Assembly (NCBI RefSeq): GCF_006345805.1
Contig: NC_043001.1
Location: forward strand, 33,604,001-33,668,000
Reading direction: 5' to 3'
Length of the DNA stretch: 64,000 bases
DNA from: Octopus sinensis
Taxonomy: Eukaryota
How positions within the stretch are numbered: position 1 is the stretch's first letter; every line of letters starts with the position of its first letter. The position numbers and the translations under genes are program-made. Under the pieces are notes generated by a model that was not told the origin of the DNA, searched no databases, and saw only the letters and a list, made by a program, of their open reading frames with translations. Positions 13,520 to 26,900 of the stretch are shown here, piece by piece.

Positions 13520-14130
13520 TTAATCTTTTAGTATTCACATTATTCTGTCAAATGTGATGCTTATTTATTCACATTGTTTTGAATTAATTATCTTGGCATG
13601 TAAAAAGCACCATTCGAGCATGATCATTACCAGCGTCGCCTTACTGGCACTTGTTCCGGTGGCATGTTAAAAAAAACATTCGAGTGAGGTCATTGCCAGT
13701 GCTGCTGGACTGGCTCCTGTGCAGGTGGCATGTAAAAAAAAACACCATTTGATCATAGCCGTTGCAAGTACTGCCTGACTGGCTCTCGTGCTGGTGGCAC
13801 ATAAAAGCACCCATTACACTCTCGGAGTGGTTGGCATTAGGAAGGGCATCCAGCTGTAGAAGCTCTGTCAGATCAAGATTGGAGCCTGGTGCAGCCATCC
13901 AGTTTGCCAGTCCTCAGTCAAATCATCCAACCCATGCTAGCATGGAAAGCGGACGTAAACGATGATGATGATAATGACGATGATGTAGTATAGAGATTTC
14001 AATGATGTGATTGTTTAGTTTTAGAATGAAATTGTAGGGTTGAGGTGAGAGGCCGGATCTGGCCAGTTTCAACATGAAACATGTTAAATATTTTGGCTTG
14101 TTATGGCTAGTTTGAATGCTAAAGAGTTAA
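13520..14130. mobile_element. TTAA-flanked piggyBac-like MITE with nested (GAT)-tail repeat
   Basis: TTAATCTTTTAGTATTCA ... TGAATGCTAAAGAGTTAA terminal inverted repeats. Confidence 0.55.
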
Positions 14131-15174
14131 ATTGAAAGTGATAAGCTGAATGCTGTACACAATAATTTCTTTATTGAGATTTAACTCCAGTGATGGAGAC
14201 TGACAAGTATTAGTGACTCTCAAAAAGAAAGGAAGATATTTTCCAGTGCATAAATTTTTCATGCTAATTTACATTTTCAAAGAAAGAACAGTTTGGTCGT
14301 TTCTCTTACTTGCAAACAAAGACCATATTGTCTTTTACCTAAGTAGATTAATTAGCTCAATAAATTTAGTCTTGCTGTCTTGAAATTTCTTTTTTTTTCT
14401 TCTTGATTCACCAACAATTGCTGATAGGTTTTTTTCTAACTTCTTTGAATCAGTGAAAAATTTCTTAAAAATAAAAGAAATTATTGCTTTTGGTTCTGAG
14501 TGCATCCCCTCTTAAAATATCATCATCATCATCAATATCAGGATCATCATCATCGTTATCATCATTTAACACCTAATGTTTATGCTAGCATGGGTTGGAT
14601 GCTTTGACTGGAGTTGACAATCCAAAGGATTGTGCCAGGCTCCCCTGTCTACTTTGTTATACTTTCTATGGCTGGATGCCCTTCCTAATGTCAACCACTT
14701 TGCAGAGTGTCCTGGATGCTTTTTATGTGACACCAGCACAAGTAAAGCTACCAAGTAACTTGTAAAACAAAGACTTTCAACAGAGCAGGCAGTAGTAGTA
14801 CTGAGGAAGGTAGCTTTGTGCCAGGTGATGAAAGACTAAATACAATAGAGGAACAGAAACCAGTGTTTTGCTGTAAAGGAGATACATGGCTACCCCAGTT
14901 GGAAAAAGGGAGAGGAAAGAGAGAGAAGATGGGGAAGAAGATGTGTCTTGCTCTCTTAAACAAACACTCACACACACACACACATGCTCATGCTAAAGGT
15001 GTATGTAATAGATCTGATCTTTGTATCACCTCTGAGAAGGGAATTTCTAAGTCATATGTTTAAGGAGGATTTTCCATTTTTAGCCATAATATATATACAT
15101 CTGAATTACAATATGTACTTTATCTGGGTGTATACATACATAGATGTTCACAAACCCATATATAGATATCCATG

Positions 15175-15208
<34 letters not shown>

Positions 15209-15897
15209 AATATATATCTATAGGGGTATGTATATAGACGGATACACAGACATTCACAAAGTCATATATAGATATCTTTCTAAATATTCCGTACAGCTAC
15301 AGACACACTCAAACACATTCACATCTGCACACATTTAAATACATATGCAACACATATGCTTGCATATCAAGCACACACATTCAGAAGCATGCACACACAA
15401 ACACACACACACACATGTTCACCTACACATACACACAAACATATAGAGAGAAGTCTGCTGACTCATATTTACATATACAACTCTTCCAGGAATAAGCTTT
15501 CTTCCTTTCACTTTTAAGCTATTGTTAAATCTAAATGAAAAAGCAAGAGGTAACTGAGAAAAACGAAAAAGAAGGAGTGAATGAGAGAGAGAGAGAGAAA
15601 GAGAGAGCAAGCGGGGAGGGGGTAAAAGAAAGAAAAGAGACAAGAGAGAAAGAGAGAGGGGAGGATTAAGATAACCTACAAAATTCAGCTTTTTTTTTTC
15701 TGATGGTGTATATCAGCCTTGGTACTCTGACAACACTTGAACCACGGTCTACAAGATCTAATGCACTTATAATCAGACTTCTTATCTTTAGGTGCGTGTT
15801 TCTGTTGGAGGGTGGGTGTTTTCTTATTTTATTTTGTTTAATTTACTTTTTTTTTTACCAAAATTATCGATGTATTACTATGCTTTGTTCATCACTA

Positions 15898-17765
15898 GCT
15901 TAGCAGATAAAGCAATTAGGGATATGAAGACAGGGAAAGCCTCCAGCCCATCAGGGATCACTGCCGAGATGCTTAAAATCTTCAGTGGAGTGGGATGTGA
16001 CCTGGTAACCTGTATAGTTAACCAGGTTGTCCATAAGGGAGTCATATCCAATGATTGGTGTAGCAGCATTATAGACAACTGCTTCAAAGGCAAAGGTGAT
16101 GCCTTAGACAGAAATAATTACAGAGGTACTAAATTGCTGGACCAGGTGCTGAAAGTTGCAAAAAAGGTCATAGCTCCATTAATTAGGAAGAGAGTCAGCA
16201 CAGATGAGATGCAGTTTGGATTTGTACCAAGGAGAAACACCACCGATGCTATCTTCCTGGTGAGGCAACTGCAGGAGAAATACTTGGCCAAAAATAAAAT
16301 CCTGTTTCTAGCTTTTGTTAACATGGAGAAAGCCTTTGACAGGGACCTCCACTCCCTTATTTGGTGGACAATGTGGAAGCTAAAGATTGATGAATGGTTA
16401 GTGAGAGCTGTACAAATCATGTGCAAGGATGTTGTTAGTAAGGTGAAAGTCACCAATGAGTATAGCAAGGAGTTTAGTGTACAAGTAGGAGTCCACCAGG
16501 GTTCGGTTCCTAGATACCTCTTATTTAAGACTGGCTGCCCTTGGGAGCCCCTCTATGCTGATGACCTTGTTCTTATTGCTGAATCACTACCAGAACTGGA
16601 GAAGAAATTTCAGGTATTGAAGCACAAACTGGGATAAAAGGGCCTTTGAGTTAATTTAGCAAATACCAAAGTATTGGTAAGTAGGAAAACAGACAAATTG
16701 TAGATCTCTTCAGGGAGATGGCCTTGCTTGATACAGGTGTTGGGAGAAACTCCATAAGGTGTACCCAGTTCAAGCTATGGACACATAAGAGGTGCGGTAG
16801 TATCACTAACAGAGAAAGTAGTCTTTACAAGTGGCAGATGTGCAAGTACATTAAACACTAGGAATGTACAAAAAAACAGACTCCCTCATATGACAGTGGG
16901 GATCCTTAGATGTAGTAGACAGTTTCTGTTATTTAGGTGACCGAGTTAGTAGTGAGAATGGTTGTTCCAAAAGCATAGCTGCTAGAATCAGAATAGACTG
17001 GGCCAAGTTCAGAGAGCTACTGGCTCTGTTAGTAATGAAGAGTCTCTCCCTCTGAGTGAAAGGCAGAATGTACAATGCCTGTGTATGAACAGCTATACTA
17101 CATGGCAGTGAGACATGGGGCTATGACTACTGAGGATATGCAAAGACTTGAACCAGTATGCTTTGCTGAATGGGTAGTGTTAGTGTGCATATACGACAGA
17201 ATGTAAGGGATCTGAGAGAAAAAAACAGGTATATGTAGCATCAGATGTAGTGTACAAGAGAGAAGACTGTGCTGGTATGACCATGTAATGCATATGAATG
17301 AAGACAGTTGCATCAAGAGGTGCTGATCTATAATTGTAGAGGGAACATGTGGAAAGGGTAGACCCAGGAAGATATGAGGTGATGTGATGAGAAAGGATCT
17401 ACAAACGTTGGTCTTCACAGAGGGAATGACAGGAGACCAAGACTCCTGCTAGTTTGCTGTGCTTGAAAAGATATGGCAAGCTAAGTAAAACCATGGTTTC
17501 CCTTGCATACAGGCTCATTCCCAGAATCTCTCTCTAGCTGAGTGTCCCTAAATCTTGCAGGCTTGTAGATGCTGGTCCCACATAAAAAGCACCCATGCTG
17601 CATAAAAGCACGCAGTAAACACTGTAAAGTGGTTGGTGTTAGGAAGAGTATCCAGCTGTAGCAAGCATCATGTCAAAACAGATGTGGAGCCTGAACAGCC
17701 CTTCAGCTGATCAACTCCTGGCAAACCATCCAACCCATGCCAGCATGGAAAATGGATGTTAAATG
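15898..17765 (+). mobile_element. RTE-type non-LTR retrotransposon, 5' truncated and decayed, including 3' tail
   Basis: ORF 15792..16637 has RT motifs (NNYRG, QFGFVPRRNTTDAIF, EKAFDR, GVHQGS, LYADDLVL); later stops and frameshifts; ends in a (GAT)n tail. Confidence 0.92.
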
Positions 17766-17770
17766 ATGGC

Positions 17771-17818
<48 letters not shown>

Positions 17819-17874
17819 GGTGGTGGTGGTATTGGTGGTGGTGGTGGTGGCAGTGATGGTGGTGATGATGATGG

Positions 17875-17907
<33 letters not shown>

Positions 17908-17930
17908 CAATGATGACAATGACGATGAGG
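17764..17930. repeat. Compound (GAT)n/(GGT)n microsatellite at the LINE tail
   Basis: Direct inspection. Confidence 0.95.
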
Positions 17931-20900
17931 AGGGGGAGGAGGATAGTCTACACTTACCTTCCATCTTGGTATCTTCTTATACATTTGTAAACATTTCATA
18001 TAGTTGTTGATTTAATTTATTTGAAAATATGTTTTTTTTTTATAAATTAATTTTTATGCAACTTCATATGAAAAGAGAGATGCGTCATTCTCATTTAAAG
18101 AGAAGGAAAATGAAAATGTAAGCTTGTTGGTATTATGGTATCACTTCTTATTATTGGGTAATAGAATGTTATAAGTATATATGATCTTATCATTTCCCCA
18201 CTGACCAGCACTACAGAAAATTGTTTAATAGAAATAACTTTAAACTAAGTTACAGCTGAACAACCAGTAGTTCATATTTGGAATCACTGCTCTTTTAGTA
18301 GGCTGGTGACTATGTCCTATGCTTGGCAAGTTGGAGACCAATTTCTATTTTTAGCATGGATTCTACAGCCGGATACCATTTTTACCACTTACCACTTTTC
18401 CAAGTATACTGGATGTATTTCATCATAACACCAATAGTTGAGATATTATTGTGTTCCAGGCAAGACTAATGTCTTCTCTACCTGACATTGTCTCTGTTAA
18501 TTTGAACAGTGACAATGTAGAATAGAAAGGATGCCAGAGAAGTTGCTTATGTCCTTGACATGACTTAAGAGGAATCACTTCTTTGTGATGTCTCATTTAG
18601 AAGGGAGATACAGGGATAGAAGAGGATCAGGGGAGAGAGTGAAAAGGAGAATGATGAGAGAGTAATAAAGGAGAAAGTGTGATAGAAGAGTGTCTGTGTG
18701 AAAGCTTTTTCTCTTCTCCCATGCTGCTTTCCCTTTCTCTTTTCTCTTTTTCCCATGCTGCTTTCACATAGACACTCTTCTGAGAAAAAGCATAGAATGT
18801 AAGGGAGATAGATAGAGAAACAGGGTGATAAAAGGGGAAGTCATTGAAAAGAGGGAGAGTAATGTGAAAGTGTGTGTGTGAGAGAGAGAGAGAGAAAGAG
18901 AGAGAGAGAAAGTGAGAGAGAGAGAAAGAGAGAGAGAGATGGGAGAGTAACAGAGAGATGAGGGATAGAAATAGAAAATAACAAAATTGGTTGTTAATGG
19001 CAGGGAGACTTAATACAAACATGATGGGTGAAAAAGACCCACCTTCCAATACCGTTATTATAGTTTATGCCCCATCCATTTTTTGAGCTTTATGGGCTGG
19101 GTGCATCTCTTCTCCAGTACAGCATTCCACTTCTTGAATTGACCTTTTGTTATTTTTTTTTGAGAAGCTTAACCTCTTGAAACCCATCTGCATTACTTCT
19201 TCCCATATCTTCAGTTTCCTTCTTTCACAGGTTCTTACCGTTTGGAATGCTTGGAACTTCTTTAACCATATTTCATTCTCATATACCTAATATGCTCATA
19301 ACAGTGCAGTCTCATCTATTACAGCTTTTATATTCATCTCACATCAAAGTTTTCTCTCAAATCATTTGTGGCTATTAATTTATGTACACTACCACTACAT
19401 ATCCACTGAAGCAGGATTGATTTATTTCTTGGCAGATTTTACAATCTTCTACATTCAAGAACTATTTCTTTACTATCCACAAGGGGCTAAACAAAGAGGA
19501 GACAAACAAGGACAGACAGACAGATTAAGTCAATTATATCGACTCCAATGCGTAACTGATACTTATTTAATCAACCCCAAAAGGATGAAAGGCAAAGTCG
19601 ACCTCGGCGGAATTTGAACTCAGAACGTAAAGACAGACAAATACTGTTAAGCATTTCGCCCAGCGTGCTAACACTTCTGCCAGATGCTTCACTGCCATGC
19701 AACATCACACTTTATATAAAGATACCACACTATCTACCCTTCACTTTAAAAACCAACCACATTGTTGCTAGCAGATGCAACTCTTTCCTTAACTTTCTCT
19801 CACTCTATTCTAACTCTGTCAACTCTATTTTCAGAACATGCACACACAGATATGCGTGTTCTGAAAACAGAGTTGAATAAAGAAATACACTGTAGCTGTT
19901 TAAAAAACTCATAATAATATAACGGTTTAAAGAACTTAACACAAAGGTATAGAATAAATTATAAATTTAATTCCAAACAGAAACTACATACATTGTGTCT
20001 CTTAGTTTCACATTTTACTGATTTTCAAGTAATCAATGAAACAATTGAATCAATTATAAAACATTTACTAAGTATATTAACACCATAAAAGAGTTTGATA
20101 TAGCTAAAACATTATGATTTAAGAGCATCAGTCAATCATCTGCTTGCCTTTTTCATTTATGATAACAAAAATAATGAATCTTTGAGTCACATTGACTAAG
20201 GAAATTTTTTATATTTTTTCAAAGCATGGAAGGAAATTGTATTGTATGACTATAGGCGTAGGAGTGGCTGTGTGGTAAGTAGCTTGCTTACCAACCACAT
20301 GGTTCCGGGTTCAGCCCCACTGCATGGCACCTTGAGCAAGTGGATTTGGTAGACGGAAACTGAAAGTAGCTGGTCATATATATGTGTGTGTTTGTTCCCC
20401 CAACATCGCTTGACAACCGATGCTGGTGTATTTACGTGCCCGTAACTTAGCGGTTCGGCAAAAGAGACCGATAGAATAAGTAGTAGGCTTACGAAGAATA
20501 AGTCCTGGGGTCGATTTGCTTGACTAAAGGCGGTGCTCCAGCATGGCCACAGTCAATGACTGAAACAAGTAAAAGAATAAAAGAATATGGTTTTCAGCCA
20601 TTTGGTACTTAAACAAATATTTTGACTTATAACAACAAAAGATATATCCTTTCTGAGTGCGAGTTCAAGTTGATGCTTCTATTAAACAATGCTTTAATTT
20701 TCCTGGTGGATAAAGGTTACACCTGCTCATATCCTGTTCATATGGTTTAGCATGGTGATTAATCTAAAATGTATAATAAGGTGTAGTTAATTAGAAACAA
20801 TACAATTTTTAGCCTTTACTCTGATGTGTAATTGACAGTGTGAGGACAAATGTAAATGTCATTTTTATAATCGAACAAAAGGGATTGGCTTTGCCAGTTT

Positions 20901-21145
20901 CTACTCTAATTCGAATCTTCATCTGAAACTATGGGGCCTAAACCAGCTGCCAACAGATAGAGTATGTATGTATGTATGCATGAGAGGTCTGTGTGTATGT
21001 CTGTGTACATACATATATATGTATATATATATTTCTAAATCTCTCGTAGAGACATGTACGGTGGTGGGGCGATAGAATGGTTGTATACTGTCAATCTAAC
21101 ACGAACGTGACAGTTGTGGGGTACACCACCGCTGTGACAGTAGGG

Positions 21146-21146
<1 letters not shown>

Positions 21147-21244
<98 letters not shown>

Positions 21245-21261
21245 AATGTATATATATATAA

Positions 21262-21299
<38 letters not shown>
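21147..21299. repeat. (TA)n microsatellite
   Basis: Direct inspection; one of many (TA)n tracts. Confidence 0.95.
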
Positions 21300-21303
<4 letters not shown>

Positions 21304-22280
21304 GTAACATTGTCCGTTTTTTCTGTCCTTGTTTTTGTATATATTCACTGCTTTCTTCCAAGGAATCTAATGCTCTTAGCTTAGTTTTTCCTTAGGGCTG
21401 GCCGGATTAGAGCAATCTCGAGTATAATCAGCTGAAATTGCGAGGATAATCTGGTACTTAACTGAGGAAAGAAAACTTCAAATGACCCGTCCTTGTTTTC
21501 TTTGTATCGTCTATCTGGATATTTTGTTGTCCCATTTTTGTATCACCTAACTATCCGGATATTTTGCGTTCTTGTCCCATTTTGTATTTCATATATATAT
21601 ATATATATATATAAATATATCACTAAAGGGGTCAAACCATAGGCTCATAAGGCTAGTTTCCCAGATTCTGTGACATTTATATTGTCCCCTTTAATGGGAT
21701 GCTGGTCCATCACATGATTTACTCATTTTTAGCAGTTGAGTGGCCTGGAGCAACATGAAATGAACCCACAATCTTACAATCATGAGTGTAAAACCCTAAC
21801 CACTAAGCCATGCACTTCCACTATATACATGTGTGTATCATCATCATCATTTTGCATCTGTTTTACATGCTGGCATGGGTCAGATGGTTCGACCAAACCT
21901 TAATTACAATTTATGTTCCTAACACTAGCTTAATGATAACTATGTTATTTTGCTAAATTCTTTTTTATATTTAAAATTAATTGAAAGAAACACAGAACAT
22001 CTCAAACAGAAATATGGTAACAAAAGGGTTAAAATTTATAATTTATAGTGACTACTTCTTTTCAAGTTCCACTATTAAAACTATCTTTTCAATGCAGTGA
22101 TTGTAAGGAGAAATTATATCTACATGTAATAGTGTATTTTAGGTGTGTGGATATTAGTAAAAACAAATACAATGAAGGAGAAAGGGAATAGTAACTGAAT
22201 AGGTAGGACAAACAAGCAAAAGGGATGAATTGGAATTTTGTTAGTAAATACCACAAGTTTATTTAGCTACATCAAAGAGG

Positions 22281-22477
22281 TCAGGGAACAGAAGAAAGAA
22301 GACATGCACCCAACACCACAGCTGAAGACACCTCCGAAAGTGGGGTGGCTGCCACGTCAAAACGGTAGAGGAGTAGGGGCCGAAACCGGACATGGTTCCT
22401 CCTGATGATGTCTTGAGCTAACTGGATCCTATAAAGGAGCTGTTGTGGTAGCAGACCATGAAACACGGTTGAAATTC
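22281..22477 (-). CDS. Candidate TBRG1 terminal coding exon (GISTVFHGLLPQQ...SSVP*)
   Basis: ttcAG acceptor, open in the required phase 1 for about 65 codons, non-repetitive GC-richer sequence. No homology recognised. Confidence 0.3.
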
Positions 22478-23707
22478 CTGAAATAACATTTCAGGAAATG
22501 CTTGTAAACTTTCAGCTGTAGAGTTACACCCATTCAAGAAGTTTATGAGTTTAAAATATTGCAGTGAACTATAAGTGCAGTGCCTGCCAGAAGAGATAAA
22601 TTCTGAAATTCTAATTGGTAGTTTTTCATTAGAAAATAGTCTCATACATTTCTAATGTGCAAAGTTGGTATATTTTTAAATATTTTGTTTGTACCAAGAT
22701 TTTTCTCTCAGTTCATTTGTTCTCTGATGTTCATACACTTTAACATTACACATCAAGTGGAGCATGTTTGCTTCACTTTTTTAAGTTTTCATGCATCCTC
22801 CATAGTCTTGCATTTTGTACATAAGCATCAAATAATCTATACTTCACTCAGTGAGAGAATCCCTTTGTTGCCAGCAAAGGTTACACCTCCTTAACACTTT
22901 AGTATTTAAACCATCCATATCAAGCCAGTTGAAACCAAGTAAACAATAAAAGGTTACTATTTCATCATTCTTTCATATATTTGTGCGAAATTAAATAACA
23001 GTTATGACATACCATCAACAAATAATTAACACTCTTTACTCTTTTACTTGTTTCAGTAATTTAACTGCAGCCATGCGGGAGCACCACCTTTAGTCGAGCA
23101 AATCGACCCCAGGACTTATTCTTTGTAAGCCTAGTACATATTCTATCGATCTCTTTTGTGCCAAACCCCTAAGTTACGGGGATGTAAACACACCAGCATC
23201 AGTTGTCAAGCGATGTTGGGGGGACAAACACAGACACACAAACATAAACACACATACATATATATATTTACACATATACAACGGGCTTCTTTCAGTTTCT
23301 ATCTACCAAATCCACTCACAAGGCTTTGGTCAGCCCGGGGCTATAGTAGAAGACATTTGCCCAAGGTGCTACGCAGTGGGACTGAACCTAATAAATAACA
23401 TTTCCGTTACTGCTTTTAAAAAATCTGATTGTCTGCCCTTGTCATTTGGTCACTTGCTCACTGTGTCCATCTGTTGCTAGTCTACCCATCTTTCATACTC
23501 TTCTCTCTCCTCCTACTCTCTGTCAACAACAGTAGTTTTCATTCTCTCTTTTGCTCTCTCAGCAATATAAGCTTTGCTGTTACTCACTCTTTCTCTCTCT
23601 ACATTCCACACCCAGTTCTTTTTCATTTTTTTTTTTCTCTCTATTTTTATTTTCTGGCTTCTGAACACATACTGGCACACATCTTAGACACATTTCACCA
23701 AATCTTA

Positions 23708-23920
23708 TACCACAAGGGAGGGCTGAAAAGTTTCTAGCTTTGGGTAAAAGAAAATACAGGAAGTTCGGTTAATTATGATTTTATCCAACGTATTCCCCTC
23801 TCAGATTCACACAATTATTGCAGTGGCCCTTCAGTTTTCTAAGCCCTGTAAAAGAACGTGGAAAGTTGGGCCTCCAACCAGACCTATTGCAATACTCCTG
23901 AAGCCAAGAACTTTTCCGCA
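23708..23920 (-). mobile_element. Mariner 3' end fragment
   Basis: GLRKLKGHCNNCVNLRGEYVG* resembles the mariner C-terminus; TIR-like AAGGGAGGGCTGAAAAGTT. Confidence 0.65.
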
Positions 23921-26900
23921 CCCCATCATCATCATCATCATCATCGTTTAGCGTCCACTTTCCATGCTGGCATGGGTTGGACGGTGCAACTGGGGTCTGG
24001 GAAGCCAGAAGGCTGCACCAGGCCCAGTCTGATCTGGCAATGTTTCTACAGCTGGATGCCCTTCCTAACGCCAACCACTCCATGAGTGTAGTGGAGTGGT
24101 TGGCGTTAGGAAGGGCATATATGATAAAAATAATAAAGTAAAGAAATGAAAGCCAAAAGTCAACAGCACAAGGAAAGATTAAGTTTATAGATATAAAGTA
24201 TCTGACATTAAAAAAACACAGAATATAAAATATATAAAATATACATGAATTCATCATCATCATCATCATCGTTTAACGTCCGTTTTCCATGCTGGCATGG
24301 GTTGGACGGTTTGACTGAGGTTTGGAGAGCCAGCAGCTGCACCAGGCTCCAATATTACAGTTAGGTTTGTTTGTTCTCTTGCAGTTTTAGAAAATAATGA
24401 TATAAAAGCAAAATGTTTTGAGATCTGAAATGATTTTCATTATTATTATTATTATTATTATTATCATTATGATTATTATGATTATTTATGATTTTTATCT
24501 TCAGTTGGAACATCTGTCAATTTTATATTTCTGCATACTGCCTGTGGAATTGACTCAGCACCACATAAATACTTATGTATGTATGTATCTATCGGAAAGT
24601 TCTTTTCAATGGCTTCAAGTCTGAAATTTGCTTCCTGCAAAAAAATAGAAAATGAAATTTATGAAAAGAAAAGTTAAATTCTTCTATGTTTGTAATTTTG
24701 CTCGTTTTTATTAAACATTAAGCAAAATTAAAATTTAATGAATAAAATAAATAAATAGATAAATAAATGCTATAGCTTATTGTTGACTACTTCAGGTCAG
24801 TCTCGATTAAATAGACATTTGATCAAAGATGCTCCCGCCATGACCATACTCATATTTTCGGATATCTAAGAATGACATTGTCCAATGTGTCGTTTTCTAA
24901 TTTTGTGAGATTTGATTGCTATTTCTAGCAGGCTGAGCAATCAATCCCACCAGGAGATACATGGCTCCCCTTGCAATAGGAAAGAGCAGGCAAGAGGAGT
25001 TGGAAGGGAGATAAGATATGGTGACAAAATCCTAGACTGTAGTCTCAAGGTACAAAGTGAATATAGGGGAGAGTACAAGACAAAGGATCAAGCAGAAAGG
25101 TGGGATGAGTGGAGATGGTGTTACACTTTCAGACCATTCAATTATGGTCATGGTCTTACGCCTAACCAAACAGAATCATAAATAGGCATGTACCCCATTC
25201 CTTTGTTTCTGACAACAGATCTCTCTTGACAACTTACATCACTTTCTTTTCATTTATTTTGTATCTATTTTTCTGGGCTACTGGGTATATCAAGGCCAGT
25301 ATTTTATGACCGACCCTTACCTGTTTTTCAACTGTATCAAAACTTAAAATTCAGAACAAGTAAAAATCATTGTTTAATAGCACCATCTGACCACCATCCA
25401 ATCAATAACTTCTGTTGATTATCACGTTCCTCTAAGTTGCAGTTACACCTTGGCATCTCTTTCATATCTTCTCTCCTTTTCCAGTTGGGGTAACCATGAA
25501 TCTCGTCTGTTGCAACACACCTGTTGCTGTTCTTCCATCATAATCTAGACTGTTAACACCTGGCACAAAATCACATCCCAGTGAACTATACTCCTGCTTC
25601 TGTTGAGGGGTCCTGTCTTGCAAATTACCAGGTAATCTCACTGGTGCTGCTGCCAAGTCAAAAGTATCCAGTACACTCTGTAAAGTGGTTGGCATTATGA
25701 GGGGCGTCTAGCCATAGAAACCATGCCGAAGCAGAGTTTAGAGTTTGGCACAGTCTTATGGCTTGTCAGTTCTAATCAAACTGTCCAACCCATGCCAGCA
25801 GGGAAAACGGACATTAAACAATGATAACCATTATACAGTTGTAATAGACATGGATGCAACTTAAGATCCATCAAAATATATTCAAATCAAATCCTTGTAT
25901 GAAAAAATAAAAATTCTTGTGTGGTAAGTAGCTTGCTTACCAACCGCATAGTTCCGGGTTCAGTCCCACTGTGTGGCACCTTGGACAAGTGTCTTCTACT
26001 ATAGCCTCAGGCCGACCAAAGCCGTGTGAGTGGATTTGGTAGACGGAAATTGAAAGAAGCCCGTTGTATATATGTATATGTGTGTGTGTTTTTGTGTGTC
26101 TGTGTATGTTCCCCCAGCATCGCTTGACAACCATTGCTGGTGTGTTTACGTCCCTGTAACTTAGCGGTTCAGCTAAAGAGACTGATAGAATAAGTACTAG
26201 GCTTACAAAGAATAAGTCCTGGGGTCGATTTGCTCGACTAAATGCGGTGCTCCAGCATGGCCACAGTCAAATGAATGAAACAAGTAAAAGAGTAAAAGAG
26301 AGTAAGAATATTTGCCAAAAATCTGCAATAAGGAAAATAACAATCATCAAATTACAGGAACATGATGATTGTCTTCTATGCCCTTCCTGTCACCAGCTAC
26401 ATCAGTGCAAACTAGATGCATTTTTACTTTAACAAATTACCACCCCACCTCCTGCCTCTTCCTCCTCATCATGATCCTTAATATCAGCATCATCCAAATT
26501 TAGTCTACCCATAATTTTGAAGAAGCTTGTTTTTTTCTTTCTTATATATATATATATCATCATCATCACCATCATCGTCGTCGTTTAGCATCCGCTTTCC
26601 ATGCTAGCATGGGTTGGACGGTTCAACCGGAGTCTGGGAAGTCAGAAGGCTGCACCAGGCCCAGTCTGATCTGGCAATGCTTCTACGGCTGGATGCCCTG
26701 CCTAACGCCAATCACTCCGTGAGTGTAGTGGGTGCTTTTTATGTGCCAGACGAGGCTGGCAAACAGCTACGATCAGATGGTGCTTTTTACGTGCCACCGG
26801 CACGGGGGCCAGACAAGGCTGGCAACGGCCATGATCGGATGGTGCTTTTTACGTGCCAACGGCAAGAGGCCAGTCGGGGCGGCGCTGGCAACGGCCACGT

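Noticed and set aside
15792-16637. 281-aa ORF as a host gene or active reverse transcriptase
   Set aside because: Decayed LINE RT with an internal deletion, no endonuclease and downstream stops.
17668-18010. Poly-His, poly-Asp/Gly and poly-Ser/Pro ORFs
   Set aside because: Translations of the (GAT)n/(GGT)n microsatellite at the LINE tail; no splice or homology support.
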